DNA of 63,844 bases, filler included, from Octopus bimaculoides (Eukaryota), in assembly GCF_001194135.2 (NCBI RefSeq). It is 8 parts of 7 records of this genome, joined end to end, with 100 filler letters (N's around TTAATTAATTAA, not from the genome) between each part and the next. Parts side by side here need not be neighbours in the genome. Positions count along the whole stretch, not along the records: positions 47,560 to 51,489 come from NC_068983.1; positions 51,590 to 58,136 come from NC_068986.1; positions 58,237 to 61,007 come from NC_068983.1; positions 61,108 to 63,844 come from NC_069010.1; 4 more parts are not named here. One strand, written 5' to 3'. The notes beneath the pieces are model-generated. The model ran no database searches. It saw nothing but the letters and a program-made list of their open reading frames with translations, and was not told the origin of the DNA. The position numbers and the translations under genes were made by a program. Below, piece by piece: positions 48,420 through 61,589 of the stretch (position 1 is its first letter; each line of letters begins with the position of its first letter).

Positions 48420-49500
48420 ACAACGTGTGATCGTCAATAGGGACGAGACGTTCGAGGTATGCTCATGGAAAAATCCCATAAAAACCAGGGTATCCTGACT
48501 TTTGGGTCAGATGCCTTTTTTCCTTCCCTTTTTTCCAATTCTCGCCACTTATTCTCGCCACTTTCATCCACCTTTCAGCAAACTGGATTGAAGAAAATAC
48601 TTCACTCTCTACTCTTACTTTCCTTTTCAAGTGAAACTTGAAAGTGTTGGTCAGGAATTGACAAAAGAGAAAAGTGTTTGTCTTCAGCCCCTTCAATCTC
48701 GTCCACCATGCAACCTCTTTCGCCATGGCCACCAGGCATATAAACACAGCCTTTCCTTCCAGGTTAAAGGAAGGCGGCAGGGCGATCTTCATGATGGATT
48801 CAGTTGACAGCCGGATCCGTCCCACACACGACAGCAGGTGTTCGACATAAACCCACAGGTCAGCAATGCTCGGGCACTGGACGATTGCATGCAAGACCGT
48901 CTCGTCGTCCAGCGTACCTCTCGAACATGCTCGGCTGACGGCATTCCTGTGCCTGTAAAAGTTATCTCGAACAGGCAAAGCTCCCCGGTAGTACTGTCAG
49001 ACCAGAGATTTTTATAAATTATCCATCGGTCCCGGGCCGAAAGTACTCCGGAAAAAAGCAGGTAGTTGATCTTCGACCCTCAAGATCTCCCTAAGAACGT
49101 CGTCGCACTTTCCCTCCACTACTTCTCTATAAAACAACTAAAATGGACGTTCCACGTATCGCAGTGTTCAATTAGCTGAGGGATGTGAGCGCTTGAAGAC
49201 ATTCCACTTTGCAAATGCTCCCCACTTCGGTCTCTGTTTTATCCAGGAGTGCAACTCTGTTAAAGTAACTAGCTGCGAAAATACGTGTCTGGCGAACGGC
49301 GAGCACGACTGGTCGCCGTCAAGGAAGCACTGGGAAAGTCGTAGCCTCAGCGCCTGTCTGCGCATCAACAACCACGGCATGCTTAGGCCATCACTCAGCG
49401 GGTGCTGACAACAGATAGACTGCCTGACCATCGGGACGCGTCCCTTCCACAAGAAGCGGAAGTGTATACTCGAAGCGAACCCACTTTGCCATTTCTAAAC
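48420..49500 (-). mobile_element. L1/Tx1-clade LINE 3' part (post-RT region and CCHC zinc knuckle)
   Basis: FRFLWKG..PMVRQSIC...GLSMP.L..R..ALRLRL, then ETVLHAIVQCP...LW. Confidence 0.8.
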
Positions 49501-50589
49501 AGCATTATGAAATGAATTACCTGCTTCATTTCTGTTTCACCCGGTTATAATAAGATAATGAAAAAGAATACGATCGTATTCCCATTTAAAATAGAAACAT
49601 ATGTACAATATCTTCATTCTTACTTTCCCTTAATATAAGTTGCCACTGACACATATATAGAGGTCTAATGTCTTATGTCTGTTATATCATTAACGTTGTA
49701 ATATTTTTTACGTCTTTGTGTCTATTTTTTCGTAAATTTTATCATGATTTCGCCCTTTTATTCTTCTTACCCATATGTTTGTGACAAAACTTGCCTCGGC
49801 ACACGCGTGCGCACACAGACACAGACACACATCCACANNNNNNNNNNNNNNNNNNNNNNNNNNNNNNNNNNNNNNNNNNNNNNNNNNNNNNNNNNNNNNN
49901 NNNNNNNNNNNNNNNNNNNNNNNNNNNNNNNNNNNNNNNNNNNNNNNNNNNNNNNNNNNNNNNNNNNNNNNNNNNNNNNNNNNNNNNNNNNNNNNNNNNN
50001 NNNNNNNNNNNNNNNNNNNNNNNNNNNNNNNNNNNNNNNNNNNNNNNNNNNNNNNNNNNNNNNNNNNNNNNNNNNNNNNNNNNNNNNNNNNNNNNNNNNN
50101 NNNNNNNNNNNNNNNNNNNNNNNNNNNNNNNNNNNNNNNNNNNNNNNNNNNNNNNNNNNNNNNNNNNNNNNNNNNNNNNNNNNNNNNNNNNNNNNNNNNN
50201 NNNNNNNNNNNNNNNNNNNNNNNNNNNNNNNNNNNNNNNNNNNNNNNNNNNNNNNNNNNNNNNNNNNNNNNNNNNNNNNNNNNNNNNNNNNNNNNNNNNN
50301 NNNNNNNNNNNNNNNNNNNNNNNNNNNNNNNNNNNNNNNNNNNNNNNNNNNNNNNNNNNNNNNNNNNNNNNNNNNNNNNNNNNNNNNNNNNNNNNNNNNN
50401 NNNNNNNNNNNNNNNNNNNNNNNNNNNNNNNNNNNNNATATATATATATGTATATATATATGCGGTGGGGGGAGCGTGTGCATGTGTGCGTGCGTGTGGG
50501 CATGTGTGTGTCTGGTTGCGTATGAGTATATTCCTTCTATGTATGTGTGGACATCTATCTCTTACCATGTATGTATGTATCTATCTATG

Positions 50590-50629
<40 letters not shown>

Positions 50630-51025
50630 CATATATCTTTCTATCTATCTACCTACATACATACATTCATACATACATGCATATATGTGCGAGCGTACAT
50701 GTAGATGTGTGTGTGTATGTTTGTGTTTGTGGGTGGATGTATACAACACACACGTAGCGCGCGCGCACACACACACAGACATACACAAGCATCAAACTCA
50801 TAAGTATATACCAGCTTGCGGGCCTGTGCGTTTCCCGTTTTCGCCCTGTTTGTTGGAAGCCATTTGTGTGAAGTTATCTATTTACTGAAGAAACATCTGT
50901 TTAATACCAGTTGTGAGAAATTTCTATGGTAGATTTATTTGTTTTGTATAGAACAAACCAGTTGTGTTGCTTCTGTTATTCTTAGAACCCCTTCCAATTA
51001 AAAAGTCAATGAATTCAGATTTCAG

Positions 51026-51087
51026 TTGAATCGAAGCGACGGGGTGTACCTTCGTTCATTGTTTATTTTAACGAGGAATACATTGAG
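51026..51087 (+). CDS. Candidate coding exon (xESKRRGVPSFIVYFNEEYIE), possibly of the plus-strand gene
   Basis: TTCAG| acceptor, 62-nt open frame (phase 1 to 0), GAG|GTACCG donor; an in-frame stop lies just upstream. Confidence 0.3.
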
Positions 51088-51372
51088 GTACCGTTGTGTA
51101 TATATGAGCACACGCACACATAAGCATGCACACACACACATACACACATATACACACATAAACACACACACACAAAATCACACACACATATATACACATA
51201 TGTGTGTATATATAGTTATATATGTATGCATGAATATATATGCGAGTGTGCATATATATATATGTGTGTGTGTGTATTTCTGTACACACACTAACACAGA
51301 CACACACTAACACAGACACACACACGCATATAAACGTATGTCTGTATGTATATATGTGTGTATGTAAGAGAG

Positions 51373-51427
<55 letters not shown>

Positions 51428-51589
51428 GCGTGTGTGTATGTATATACATATTTTGACGTCATACGCAGTATTTATAGAATATATACCCANNNNNNNNNNN
51501 NNNNNNNNNNNNNNNNNNNNNNNNNNNNNNNNNTTAATTAATTAANNNNNNNNNNNNNNNNNNNNNNNNNNNNNNNNNNNNNNNNNNNN

Positions 51590-51662
<73 letters not shown>

Positions 51663-51670
51663 GTATGTCT

Positions 51671-52016
51671 TGTTGTTGGCACTCCGTCACTTACGACGTC
51701 GAGGGTTCCAGTTGATCCGATCAACGGAACAGGCTGCTCGTGAAATTAACGTGCAAGTGGCTGAGCACTCCACAGACACGTGTACCCTTAACGTAGTTCT
51801 CGGGGTGATTCAGCGTGACACAGCGTGACAAGGCTGGCCCTTTGAATTACAGGCACAACAGAAACAGGAAGAAAGAGTGAGAGAAAGTTGTGGTGAAAGA
51901 GTACAGCTTTAGGTGTTTTCGCTCAATAAACACTCGCAACGCCCGGTCTGGGAATCGAAACCACGATCCTATGACCGCGAGTCCGCTGCTCTAACCACTG
52001 GGCCATTGCGCCTCCA
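51671..52016 (-). mobile_element. SINE family A with small internal deletion
   Basis: Aligns to 2465-2830 and lacks the CCATCCCCTGCCGGAGCC segment. Confidence 0.9.
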
Positions 52017-52945
52017 TCGTGTGTGTATGCATATATTAATAAAATAGACAGAAGTAATTGCGTACATACATTTATTTATTTATTATAGGATTACAGCTCT
52101 TTTAGATACGCGTTTGGGTTCGCTTTTGGTTCAATCTGGTCAATTGATCAAGTGACCGACCGAAAATATAGGGAACCACTACCCAAAGCTATCTTTTTCA
52201 GAGCCGAAGCAAACCAACTACCACAGAAGAGAAATGGAAAAAGAAAAGAAAATAAATGAGAAAAATTTGGTCAATGTGGAATTTTTATAGAACTAGGTCA
52301 TCTATTTTAAACCATCATTTTTAAGCCCTTGTTGGCTCTAACCACGAATGAATAATATTGACATTCAGTAAAGAAATTTGATGCCCTACAACCTCCTTAT
52401 GGTCAGTAGCAGACCGTTGGAGATTACTACTTTATTTTGAAAAAAATTGTCGAGAGAAAATATTTGCAAGTAAACAAGTCAATAGGCAGCTAGGGTTACT
52501 GCTAATTATTTTAAACCTGAAATATCAACATCTATTTATTTACAACAAATTCGTGTGTGTATAAATGGTTAACAGTAATGATTAAAGCTAGTAATCAGGG
52601 ATTATAAATAAACTATGACAGGTAAAGTAACGATAAGACTAAGACTACAGTATAATCTTAGATTGTAAGACTAAGGTATGATTGGTAAAGCTGCAATGGT
52701 GAGGCTAAGATATAATTCTTAAAGACGGTGGTAGAGTAAATGACGCGAGTACAAAGTGAAGAAGACAGAGTAAAAGCAAAAATAAAACCAAAATCAAAAG
52801 AAAAACATTTGCAACTTTTTCTCAACTACAATTTTAATCTTTATGCTCTCCAACGCAGTTGACTGTTCGCTAATACACCAAACTGTTCCTGAAAAAAGGC
52901 GACAAAAAAATGGTAAAATTTAGCCCAAACGACCTATACATGCTT

Positions 52946-53477
52946 ATGCATATTCTTTTATTCTTTTATTTGTTATTTGATTGTGGCCATGCTGGGACAA
53001 CGCCTTTAGTCGAACAAATCGACCCCAAGACTTATTCTTTGTAAACCTAGTACTTATTCGATCAGCCTCTTTTGCTGAACTGGACACGCCACCGTCGGTT
53101 GTCAAGCGATGGTGGGGGAACAAACACAGACACACAAACACAACACCTACCCACACACANNNNNNNNNNNNNNNNNNNNNNNNNNNNNNNNNNNNNNNNN
53201 NNNNNNNNNNNNNNNNNNNNNNNNNNNNNNNNNNNNNNNNNNNNNNNNNNNNNNNNNNNNNNNNNNNNNNNNNNNNNNNNNNNNNNNNNNNNNNATATAT
53301 ATATATATATATATATACGACGGGCTTCTTTCAGTTTCCGTCTACCAAATCCACTCACAAGGCTTTGGTCGGCTCGAGGCTGTAGTAGAAGACACTTGCC
53401 CAAGGTGCCACACAATGGGACTGAACCCGGAACCATGTGGCTGGTAAGTAAGCTACTTACCACACAGCCACTCCTGA
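52946..53477 (-). mobile_element. SINE family B with a gap in its internal microsatellite
   Basis: Tail and head flank an N run. Confidence 0.85.
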
Positions 53478-53858
53478 CTGTATGATAAGTATAGGTCGTA
53501 GCACACACGTGGATACAAAAGATAAATATGTATCACATTCGGCTGTATATTTTGGGGAGTGCAGTTGAATATTAGTTATGCGAAGACGCTTGATCGCGTA
53601 CATATTTAATCCTAACACTCACAAATATATATTTGGAATATTATACTGAAAAGAACAATAGGTAAATATATTTTACTGTAAGTTCGAAACGCGTCTGTAA
53701 TTAACCGCGGTCGTATGGATTCATAATTTTTCTTTGTACCTACATTCAAAAGATTTTTTGGTAGTTGAAAAGACATTAGCATCTATTTCTAATGCAGTTC
53801 GTGGTGAAGCACTTAGCTGACCCCCTATTATAATTATGTATATAATTATAGAATACTT

Positions 53859-53904
<46 letters not shown>

Positions 53905-54559
53905 TATGTATGTGTGTGTATGTATGTATGTATGTATGTATGTATTTATTTATGTATGTATGTATGTATGTACGTGTAGAAATAGAAAAATCCTTGCTAC
54001 AGTAGTTTATATTTGAAGAAGTGAAGAAGAATGATAATTATTTTTCACTTTAATGATTAGACGTTTGCAAAACGAAGGTTTGTAAACATTTAATCACTAA
54101 AGTGAAAAATGATTGTCAGAAAGGTCTTTCTTCTTCACTTTTTCATGCACACACACACACACACACGCACTCACAGTTTTGTATTTTTGTATGCACGTAT
54201 AACTTTCTTGACAAACAACGTGTATTGGGAAAATCTGAGGTTATTTTAATGTAGTTATTTTAGATGTAGTTAATTGCAGTTTTAACGTCTCTACTGTGGA
54301 ATGTAAACAGATTTGAATATGTTTTATTCTTTCTCTCCACAAAAATAAAATAAAGAAAATTATTCTGACATGTTTTATGGCTACTCGTCAGAGTATAAGT
54401 ACCTCATTCTGCAACTCGCTGAAAACTAACTGTAGTCGCTATTTAAGTCAAACAAAAATCAGAACCTATTTCACTGTATTTTTGTGTAAAATGACGGTTT
54501 TTATCCATTACTTACACACACCAACGACTGGGTCTAGTCCTTTAAGTATCTAGTATGTG

Positions 54560-54690
54560 TTTGGTTTAAATAGTGATATCTACAAATTCCCTTTCTGAGC
54601 AAAAGAATGAGAGTTGTACATCCCCTGACGAGTGCCCAGTAACACCGAAACATGCCAGTATAATCTCATTTATTTTTCTCAGTGTGAGAA
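54560..54690 (+). mobile_element. Possible Penelope-like 3' terminus
   Basis: CCTGACGAG...ACCGAAACATGC motif only. Confidence 0.3.
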
Positions 54691-54899
54691 AAATAGCAAG
54701 ATTTTTCTAGATGTGCTTACATTCCAATGTGGCTATCGTCTCTGTTCCAATTGTTTTCAAATTTGGTATATAGATTCAGTTTTGTATACTAATTATGAAA
54801 ATGAAATTCATTCTTCCTATACATTCATAATTAAAAAGTTATTGGCCTTTCAAATTTGCAAAATTTGGGTATTTTGCACATCACTGTGAAGTTTTGTTA

Positions 54900-55310
54900 G
54901 CATAGTAAGCAAAGAACCATCACTAGTTCCATAGTTGATTGCGAAGAACTCTGTTTCCATAGTAACCAAAGATGCTGTACATGCGCACAAGAAATGTAAA
55001 CAAGGTCTGCATACGACACTCAGTTCTTCCAGGAACCATTATCATCAGTGACCTGTGGCGAGCTTATAATCATATCCCAGAAATCGTGGGCTATGATTTC
55101 AAACATAAAACTGTGAACCATAGCACTGAATTTATAAACAACAAATTCAGAGTACGTGGGTATCTTTAAAGCGTGGAAACAAATGCCGGTGTTGGGCGCA
55201 CCGTTCCATGGTTGACTCTTATCTTCGTAAATTTATATGGAGAAGGAAATATGAGAAAGATGATTTATTTTATAAAATCTTAGAGTGTATTGCAAACTTT
55301 CCTTCTTGAA
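54900..55310 (+). mobile_element. Merlin (IS1016/IS1595-like) transposase remnant, internally deleted
   Basis: VLPGTIIISDLWRAY...GYDFKHKTVNHS..F, then DSYL.KFIWRRKY. Confidence 0.8.
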
Positions 55311-55344
55311 TTTTTTAAACTATTAAGTGTCTGTTTTAAGCAAT

Positions 55345-55647
55345 TTTTTAACTGTTATTTCTAGCAACTCTTGTTGGTTTGCTCGTAGCTTTTAAATATT
55401 TAATTTGCTCGCGAATGTTTTAATGTGTTACACTGTTTTTACTGTTTGCTTTACTCGTTAATATTTTAATGTTTTTACTCTTATTTCTAGCAACTCGTGT
55501 TGGTTTGCTCGTAGTTTTTAAATATTTAATTTGCTCACGAATGTTTTAATGTTTTTACTCGTGTATATTTTAATGTTTTGACTCTTGTTTCTAGCAACTC
55601 CCGTTGGTTTGCTCGTAACTTTTAAATATTTAATTTGCTCGTGAATT
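55345..55647 (+). repeat. Three long tandem units downstream of the Merlin transposase (resuming after 56126)
   Basis: TTTCTAGCAACTC..GTTGGTTTGCTCGTA...AAATATTTAATTTGCTC occurs three times. Confidence 0.85.
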
Positions 55648-56125
55648 GGTACTTGTTGGTTATCTCACCCCCATTAAAAATCGAGTTAATATGGCGACAA
55701 GAGATTGGATTAAAAGAGTTACATCCTTTTAATTCAATACTTCAACACATTGTTGACGTTTGGCCTCCTCAATAGGCATGGTTTGATTCGCTATAAAAAT
55801 ATTTCGGATTCAGTAAGATGCTTGATTTTTTCAGTTTCCTTATTTATTAATTTTTTCCGTTTTCATGTTTATTAATTTTTTTCAGATTTATATGATTTGT
55901 TAGAAAAATATTATCAGATTCATAACGACGTTTCATCTTTTCACTTCTGTCTATTAGTTCTTTTTCCCTTTTATTTTTTTTAATTTTTTATTGGGGGGGG
56001 GGGATTTTTTAGGGGTTAAACATTTTTTTAGTTCAAGGAGATAACCAAAAGTACCGATATTTCTCGTAAAACGGGGAGGGAGATAAACCAAATTTTTAAT
56101 GGGGGTGAAATAACCAAAAAGTACC
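55648..56125. mobile_element. Merlin-type MITE with 8-bp TSD
   Basis: TIRs GGTACTTGTTGGTTATCTCACCCCCATTAAAAAT and ATTTTTAATGGGGGTGAAATAACCAAAAAGTACC; flanks CGTGAATT and CGCGAATC. Confidence 0.85.
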
Positions 56126-58061
56126 CGCGAATCTTTTAATGCTTTTCACTGTTTACTGAGACTATTTTAATGTTCTGATATGCCGGTGTCCCCATCACCA
56201 CCACCACCGCCACTCCCCGCTTTCTCGCTACTGTGACAGATGATGGAAGAGGCATTGTGCCCTGTGTCTAGGAAAAGAACGGCTAGGATGCATCTCATGA
56301 TGTTCGATTGGAGCTCGAAATACTAGAAATAAGCCGGAATATAACTGACGTTTAAGTATATACGCAGATAGAAAGATAATGATGTAGAACAAATAGGAAT
56401 TTTCTCGTCTCAATTCAAGGGCAAATTTGACTTATTTTTTTTAATTTGCGGGGAGCTGGGGGCTGAGATCGTGGTATAAGGAATCCACTAATCAGATGGA
56501 GTGTTGCAAAAAAAAAAAAAAAAAAAAAAAAAACAACGGAGAGGGTAGCAGATGTAGTTCATGTATTATGAAGCTGAAAATATCAATACTACCTGCAACA
56601 AAAGAGCAGAAACCTTGTTTTTTATTGCCTGCATATAAAATCTTCTAAACATCCATGTCCTTTCCAAATCTATCTTCTGCCTATTGGCACTCCCTCTGCC
56701 TTTTCTTTTTCTCCTTCCTCCCTGCTCCGTCTCTTCATTTCCCCTTCCTTTTCCACAAATTAGCATTACGCCATTATACACTAACACCACGGTGCTATTA
56801 CTATCCTCAACATACTAATATCACCATCATCACATTCTTCTCAGTACATACTACCCCTTAACCTATACTCAAACTATGGAAAAACTCTTAACCCATTCCT
56901 TAATCATGCCTTAGAAAAGTGGTAATCTGCCCTATTAACCATTCCTCTAACATTTGCCTGCATGCTATAGCCAACAAAATATTTCTTCCGTAGATTTTGA
57001 ATTAGTAGGAATTACCAGATATTGCCCAATTCAGCTAAAGATAGAGAGATCAGTCGGGCTTGCACAGTAAGCATAATGAGATACCTTGATAGTGTGCTCG
57101 TTGGCCTTTAATGGGCCGACTCCAAAAACGATCCGAAAGGATATCGAATTGTAAGTACCTTAAGAAGCACTCGAACGGACAATTACACTATAACATTTCT
57201 TGAACAATAACGGTTCAAAAGAGTAACGCTCGTGTATACTATTACACAGAAAATGCAGGATGCCAAAGAACTGCACCTCATCTCTTAAAAGGTGAATATT
57301 AAATAACATTAATAACACACAGCTGCAGCACCAGCGTACATAATTTTACACCGCTTATAATACGTCGAGGAGCCCCACAACATTGCAGACGATTGCAGAA
57401 ATTTGAATGTTGTGAGCTGAGTGTAAACCGTAACACAAAATACAGCAAACTGAATACATTTCTGAAGTTGATTACAATACTTGTCAAAAGAATCAAAATA
57501 ATATTAATCCATGAATAGCATTGTTTCATTCCTCATCACATCATCAGTTCTTATCAAGATATTTAATGCTTCCAGCATTATAGAGGCTCTCACTCACTCT
57601 ACTATATTTTGTTGGAATATTTTGAATGTTGACCAAAAACTTTATACACTCTGGAAATTGATTTTTCTTTTTACAACTTCGGTACCAATAAATAAAACGG
57701 AAATAATATAATAGGATCGACGTTATAAATGTTAATCTTTTGCCTATCTTAATGAAATCTCTATGTACATTGCAGAAAGACATGAACAAAATAACTTATA
57801 TCCGAGCTACTAAAACGTTTTATTCGCAGACCGTAAATCTTTATTTGGAAAAGTTCGTGATTTTCATTCTGAGCCGATTGGATTCTAGCAACATAAAATG
57901 AAGTGCTTCGTTCGAGGACATAAGGCGCCATGAAGCGTACACATAACCTTATGATCGTGGGTTCTATACCGTAACCACTTAAACCTATTAGTACTCACAT
58001 CCATCCATTCTTAAAAGCACACACACACATATTATATATACATATGTGTGTATATATAGAT

Positions 58062-58136
<75 letters not shown>

Positions 58137-58236
58137 NNNNNNNNNNNNNNNNNNNNNNNNNNNNNNNNNNNNNNNNNNNNTTAATTAATTAANNNNNNNN
58201 NNNNNNNNNNNNNNNNNNNNNNNNNNNNNNNNNNNN

Positions 58237-58300
<64 letters not shown>

Positions 58301-58539
58301 CATACGTATCTATATTTATATATATACACGCATACATACATGCATAAAGTACTATGAGTGCTTAGATGTTTGTTTATCATTGCAAACGAATTTATATCCT
58401 CACTCCCACCGTAAAACAAATTAATATCTTCTTTGGAATGGGCCGCTATTTTTGTTGTTGATATCCACTTCTGGTTTTTCTGTGTGATATATTTACTATA
58501 CTACACACACATATATTACTCTATTGCCTCTGAATACAG

Positions 58540-58548
58540 CGCTCCTCG
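58540..58548 (+). CDS. Candidate 9-nt microexon (CGCTCCTCG)
   Basis: CTATTGCCTCTGAATACAG|CGCTCCTCG|GTAATT; frame-compatible with exon 61472. Confidence 0.2.
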
Positions 58549-59166
58549 GTAATTACCTTCTTCAAATATCATAATAAATAAACTATGAAATAATTTGGCA
58601 TCCAGGTTAGCTTTCAGATATCGATTTGTCTATTAATTATCGAATAGCCAAAAAAAAAAATCCTTATAGAATAAAAATTGCAAATAGCTTTTAAATCTGT
58701 TTGCTTTTTTATCTTAATATCTATATATATATATACATATATCATATAATACATAGATACATAGATTGACAGACAGACGCATATAGATAGATATGCACAG
58801 ATATATATGCACGTGTGTGTAAATGTTTTTGTGTGTAATTATATGTTCTATAATAGTTTCTATGTGTGAACGTATCCGTTACTTGATCTTAAAGCTTCTT
58901 TGTTTATCTGGGTGCCTTAGTATTTTTATTTCAATTTATTTTTCTCTAATAGTTTGTGTACAAAGGTATACCAGAAATATTCACCTTTGCTCACACACAC
59001 ATAGATATAGCATATATATGCATATATGAAGATATATAGTTGTGTGTGTCTTTATGAGTGTATAAGCATGTATATATATATGTCTATACATGAACATATA
59101 TATACTTGTCTATATATGTGTGTGTGTGTGTGTGTAACTGTACATATACATATATATATATGTATG

Positions 59167-59197
<31 letters not shown>

Positions 59198-59473
59198 ATG
59201 TATGTGTGCGTATGTATATACATAAGCAAATATATACGTATACATATATAAATATGTGTGCATGTATGTGCGTATGTATAAATGCATATACGTATGTATG
59301 CATGTTATGTATATATATGTGCATACTACAAATAGTCATAGCCATAAAACGTACAAATGGTGACTAGTAATTTGATATGTCTGCTGATATGAATATATCT
59401 TTGTGTTTTAGTGAGAGGGCTTCCATATTTCTATGAAAAAGTCTTACTCATAATTTACAAATGTATCTGTGAA

Positions 59474-59744
59474 TACATAAAACCTGCATAGAAAAGTATA
59501 TCAGATTATGAATAGACGAATTCAAAGTTTTACAGCTGAGACACACGCACATATATACATTCTATTGTTCTTATATACCGCCCTAATGGCGGAAAATATT
59601 TTAGAAATATCTCCTAAACTTACATCACCGTTCTATAACTAAAAACATTTAAAACATTGCAGTTCTTCTAGCGGAGTCATTACCATTTTTGGTTGATGCC
59701 CCTGTGATAAAAATAAAATATAAGAAATGAGATAAATAAAAGAA

Positions 59745-59813
<69 letters not shown>

Positions 59814-60745
59814 TAGTTTTATTTTCATAACGTGCTTTCGCTTCACTACCGAGCGCAGCNNNNNNNNNNATTCAGTAGTTTTATTTTCATAACGTGCTTT
59901 CGCTTCACTACCGAGCGCAGCTCTGTGAGCCTTGGGTATGTACTGTGGTTTGCTGTGATGTTCTTATGGTTACTGTATTGAAAGTGTTTTGCGCAGGATG
60001 TGTGCAGTGCCCAGTGGTGCAATTTTGTGTATGTTATATATATTTGTAAGTCCTGATGTTTTTGTTATGTATTTGTCTGAATATTTTTTTATTATACCTA
60101 AGGCACCTACTATCACAATTATTATTATTATTATTGTTATTATTATCATTAAATGATAGAGTACCGCATGCTATCACAGTGACGCTGAGGGAAAAATATA
60201 CGGAATCCAGTATACCCATCATGACTAACTGTCTGATAAGGTTATACTAAATACATGCATCACAAACTTAAGTGCACGTGATGGTGATCTCATATCAAGA
60301 TAAACAGTGCATGAGCTTGCAGGTGGAGTCCCAGTTAGAATTTTCGTCGGGTGGAGTAGCCCATGCGCTCAAAGGGTCCCTGAATAAAGGTTAGTTAAGG
60401 ATGTTGAGCGAAACACCCGTGTTTCGTGAATTATTCAAGCCCAAAGAATTCCTCTCAACACACGGCTATACATATATACGTACATAAAACCTGTATAGAA
60501 AAGTATATCAGATTATGAATAGACGAATTCAAAATTTTACAACTGAGACACACGCACATATATACATTCTATTGTTCTTATATACCGCCCTAATGGCGGA
60601 AAATATTTTAGAAATATCTCCTAAACTTACATCACCGTTCTATAACTAAAAACATTTAAAACATTGCAGTTCCTCTAGCGGAGTCATTACCATTTTTGGT
60701 TGATGCCCCGGTGATAAAATATAAGAAATGAGATAAATAAAAGAA

Positions 60746-60820
<75 letters not shown>

Positions 60821-61006
60821 TAGTTTTATTTTTATAACGTGCTTTCACTTCACTACCGAGCGCAGCTCTGTGCGCCTTGGGTATGTGCTGTGGTTTGCTG
60901 TGGTGCTCTTATGTTTACTGTATTGAAAGTGTTTTGCGTAGAATGTGTGCAGTACCCAGTAGTGCAATTTTCTGTATGTTATATATATTTGTAAGTCCTG
61001 GTGTTT
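59474..61006. repeat. Near-identical ~0.55-kb direct duplication (59474-60058 and 60481-61006)
   Basis: Few substitutions across both the unique and the LINE portions. Confidence 0.85.
59746..60118 (-). mobile_element. 5'-truncated R4/Dong-like LINE in a (TAA)n array (second copy 60748-61006)
   Basis: IVIVGALGII...IHKIAPLGTAHILRKTLSIQ* is typical of the C-terminus of REL-endonuclease LINEs; (TAA)n on both sides. Confidence 0.7.
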
Positions 61007-61107
61007 TNNNNNNNNNNNNNNNNNNNNNNNNNNNNNNNNNNNNNNNNNNNNTTAATTAATTAANNNNNNNNNNNNNNNNNNNNNNNNNNNNNNNNNNNNN
61101 NNNNNNN

Positions 61108-61370
61108 GTGGCACAGAAAATACACCATTTTGAGTGTGGTCGTTGCCAGTACCGCCTGACTGGCCTTCGTGCGGGTGACACGTAAAAGCACCCACTACAC
61201 TCTCGGAGTGGTTGGCGTTAAGAAGGGCATCCAGCTGTAGAAACTCTGCCAAATCAGATTGGAGCCTGGTGCAGCCATCTGGTTTCACCAGTCCTCAGTC
61301 AAATCGTCCAACCCATGCTAGCATGGAAAGCGGACGTTAAACGATGATGATGATGATGATGATGATGACG
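61108..61370 (+). mobile_element. RTE 3' tail
   Basis: Near-identical to 25730-25947; (GAT)n tail. Confidence 0.85.
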
Positions 61371-61471
61371 TTTTATGCTGATTTGAACTCAGTACCTGAC
61401 ATTCATGACATTCAATGTTACTTTTTGGTAAACCTGCAATGCCTAAGATTGTTGTTATTTCTCGTTTGCAG

Positions 61472-61524
61472 AAGCCCCCCTATCGCCCCCTGCAGCTGAG
61501 GTAAACCAAGCGTCATTTGCCCAG
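61472..61524 (+). CDS. Coding exon of an unidentified plus-strand gene ((E)APLSPPAAEVNQASFAQ)
   Basis: TTGTTATTTCTCGTTTGCAG| acceptor, CAG|GTAGGT donor, open frame and correct phase for exon 62110. Confidence 0.65.
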
Positions 61525-61589
61525 GTAGGTTTCTGAATTGGACGTACACAACGCTATGCTATGATACCACTACGTCTGCTAACGCATCC

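Noticed and set aside
55345-55647. Regular repeats as a CRISPR-like array
   Set aside because: Eukaryotic context, long units without unique spacers, no cas genes; internal repeats of a Merlin element explain them.
56994-57150. Plus-strand AG...GTAAGT exon candidate
   Set aside because: Stops occur in all three frames.
59811-59900. 39-bp direct repeat around a 10-N gap (and identical flanks at 62650-62831 / 63088-63240)
   Set aside because: Most likely unmerged contig overlaps.
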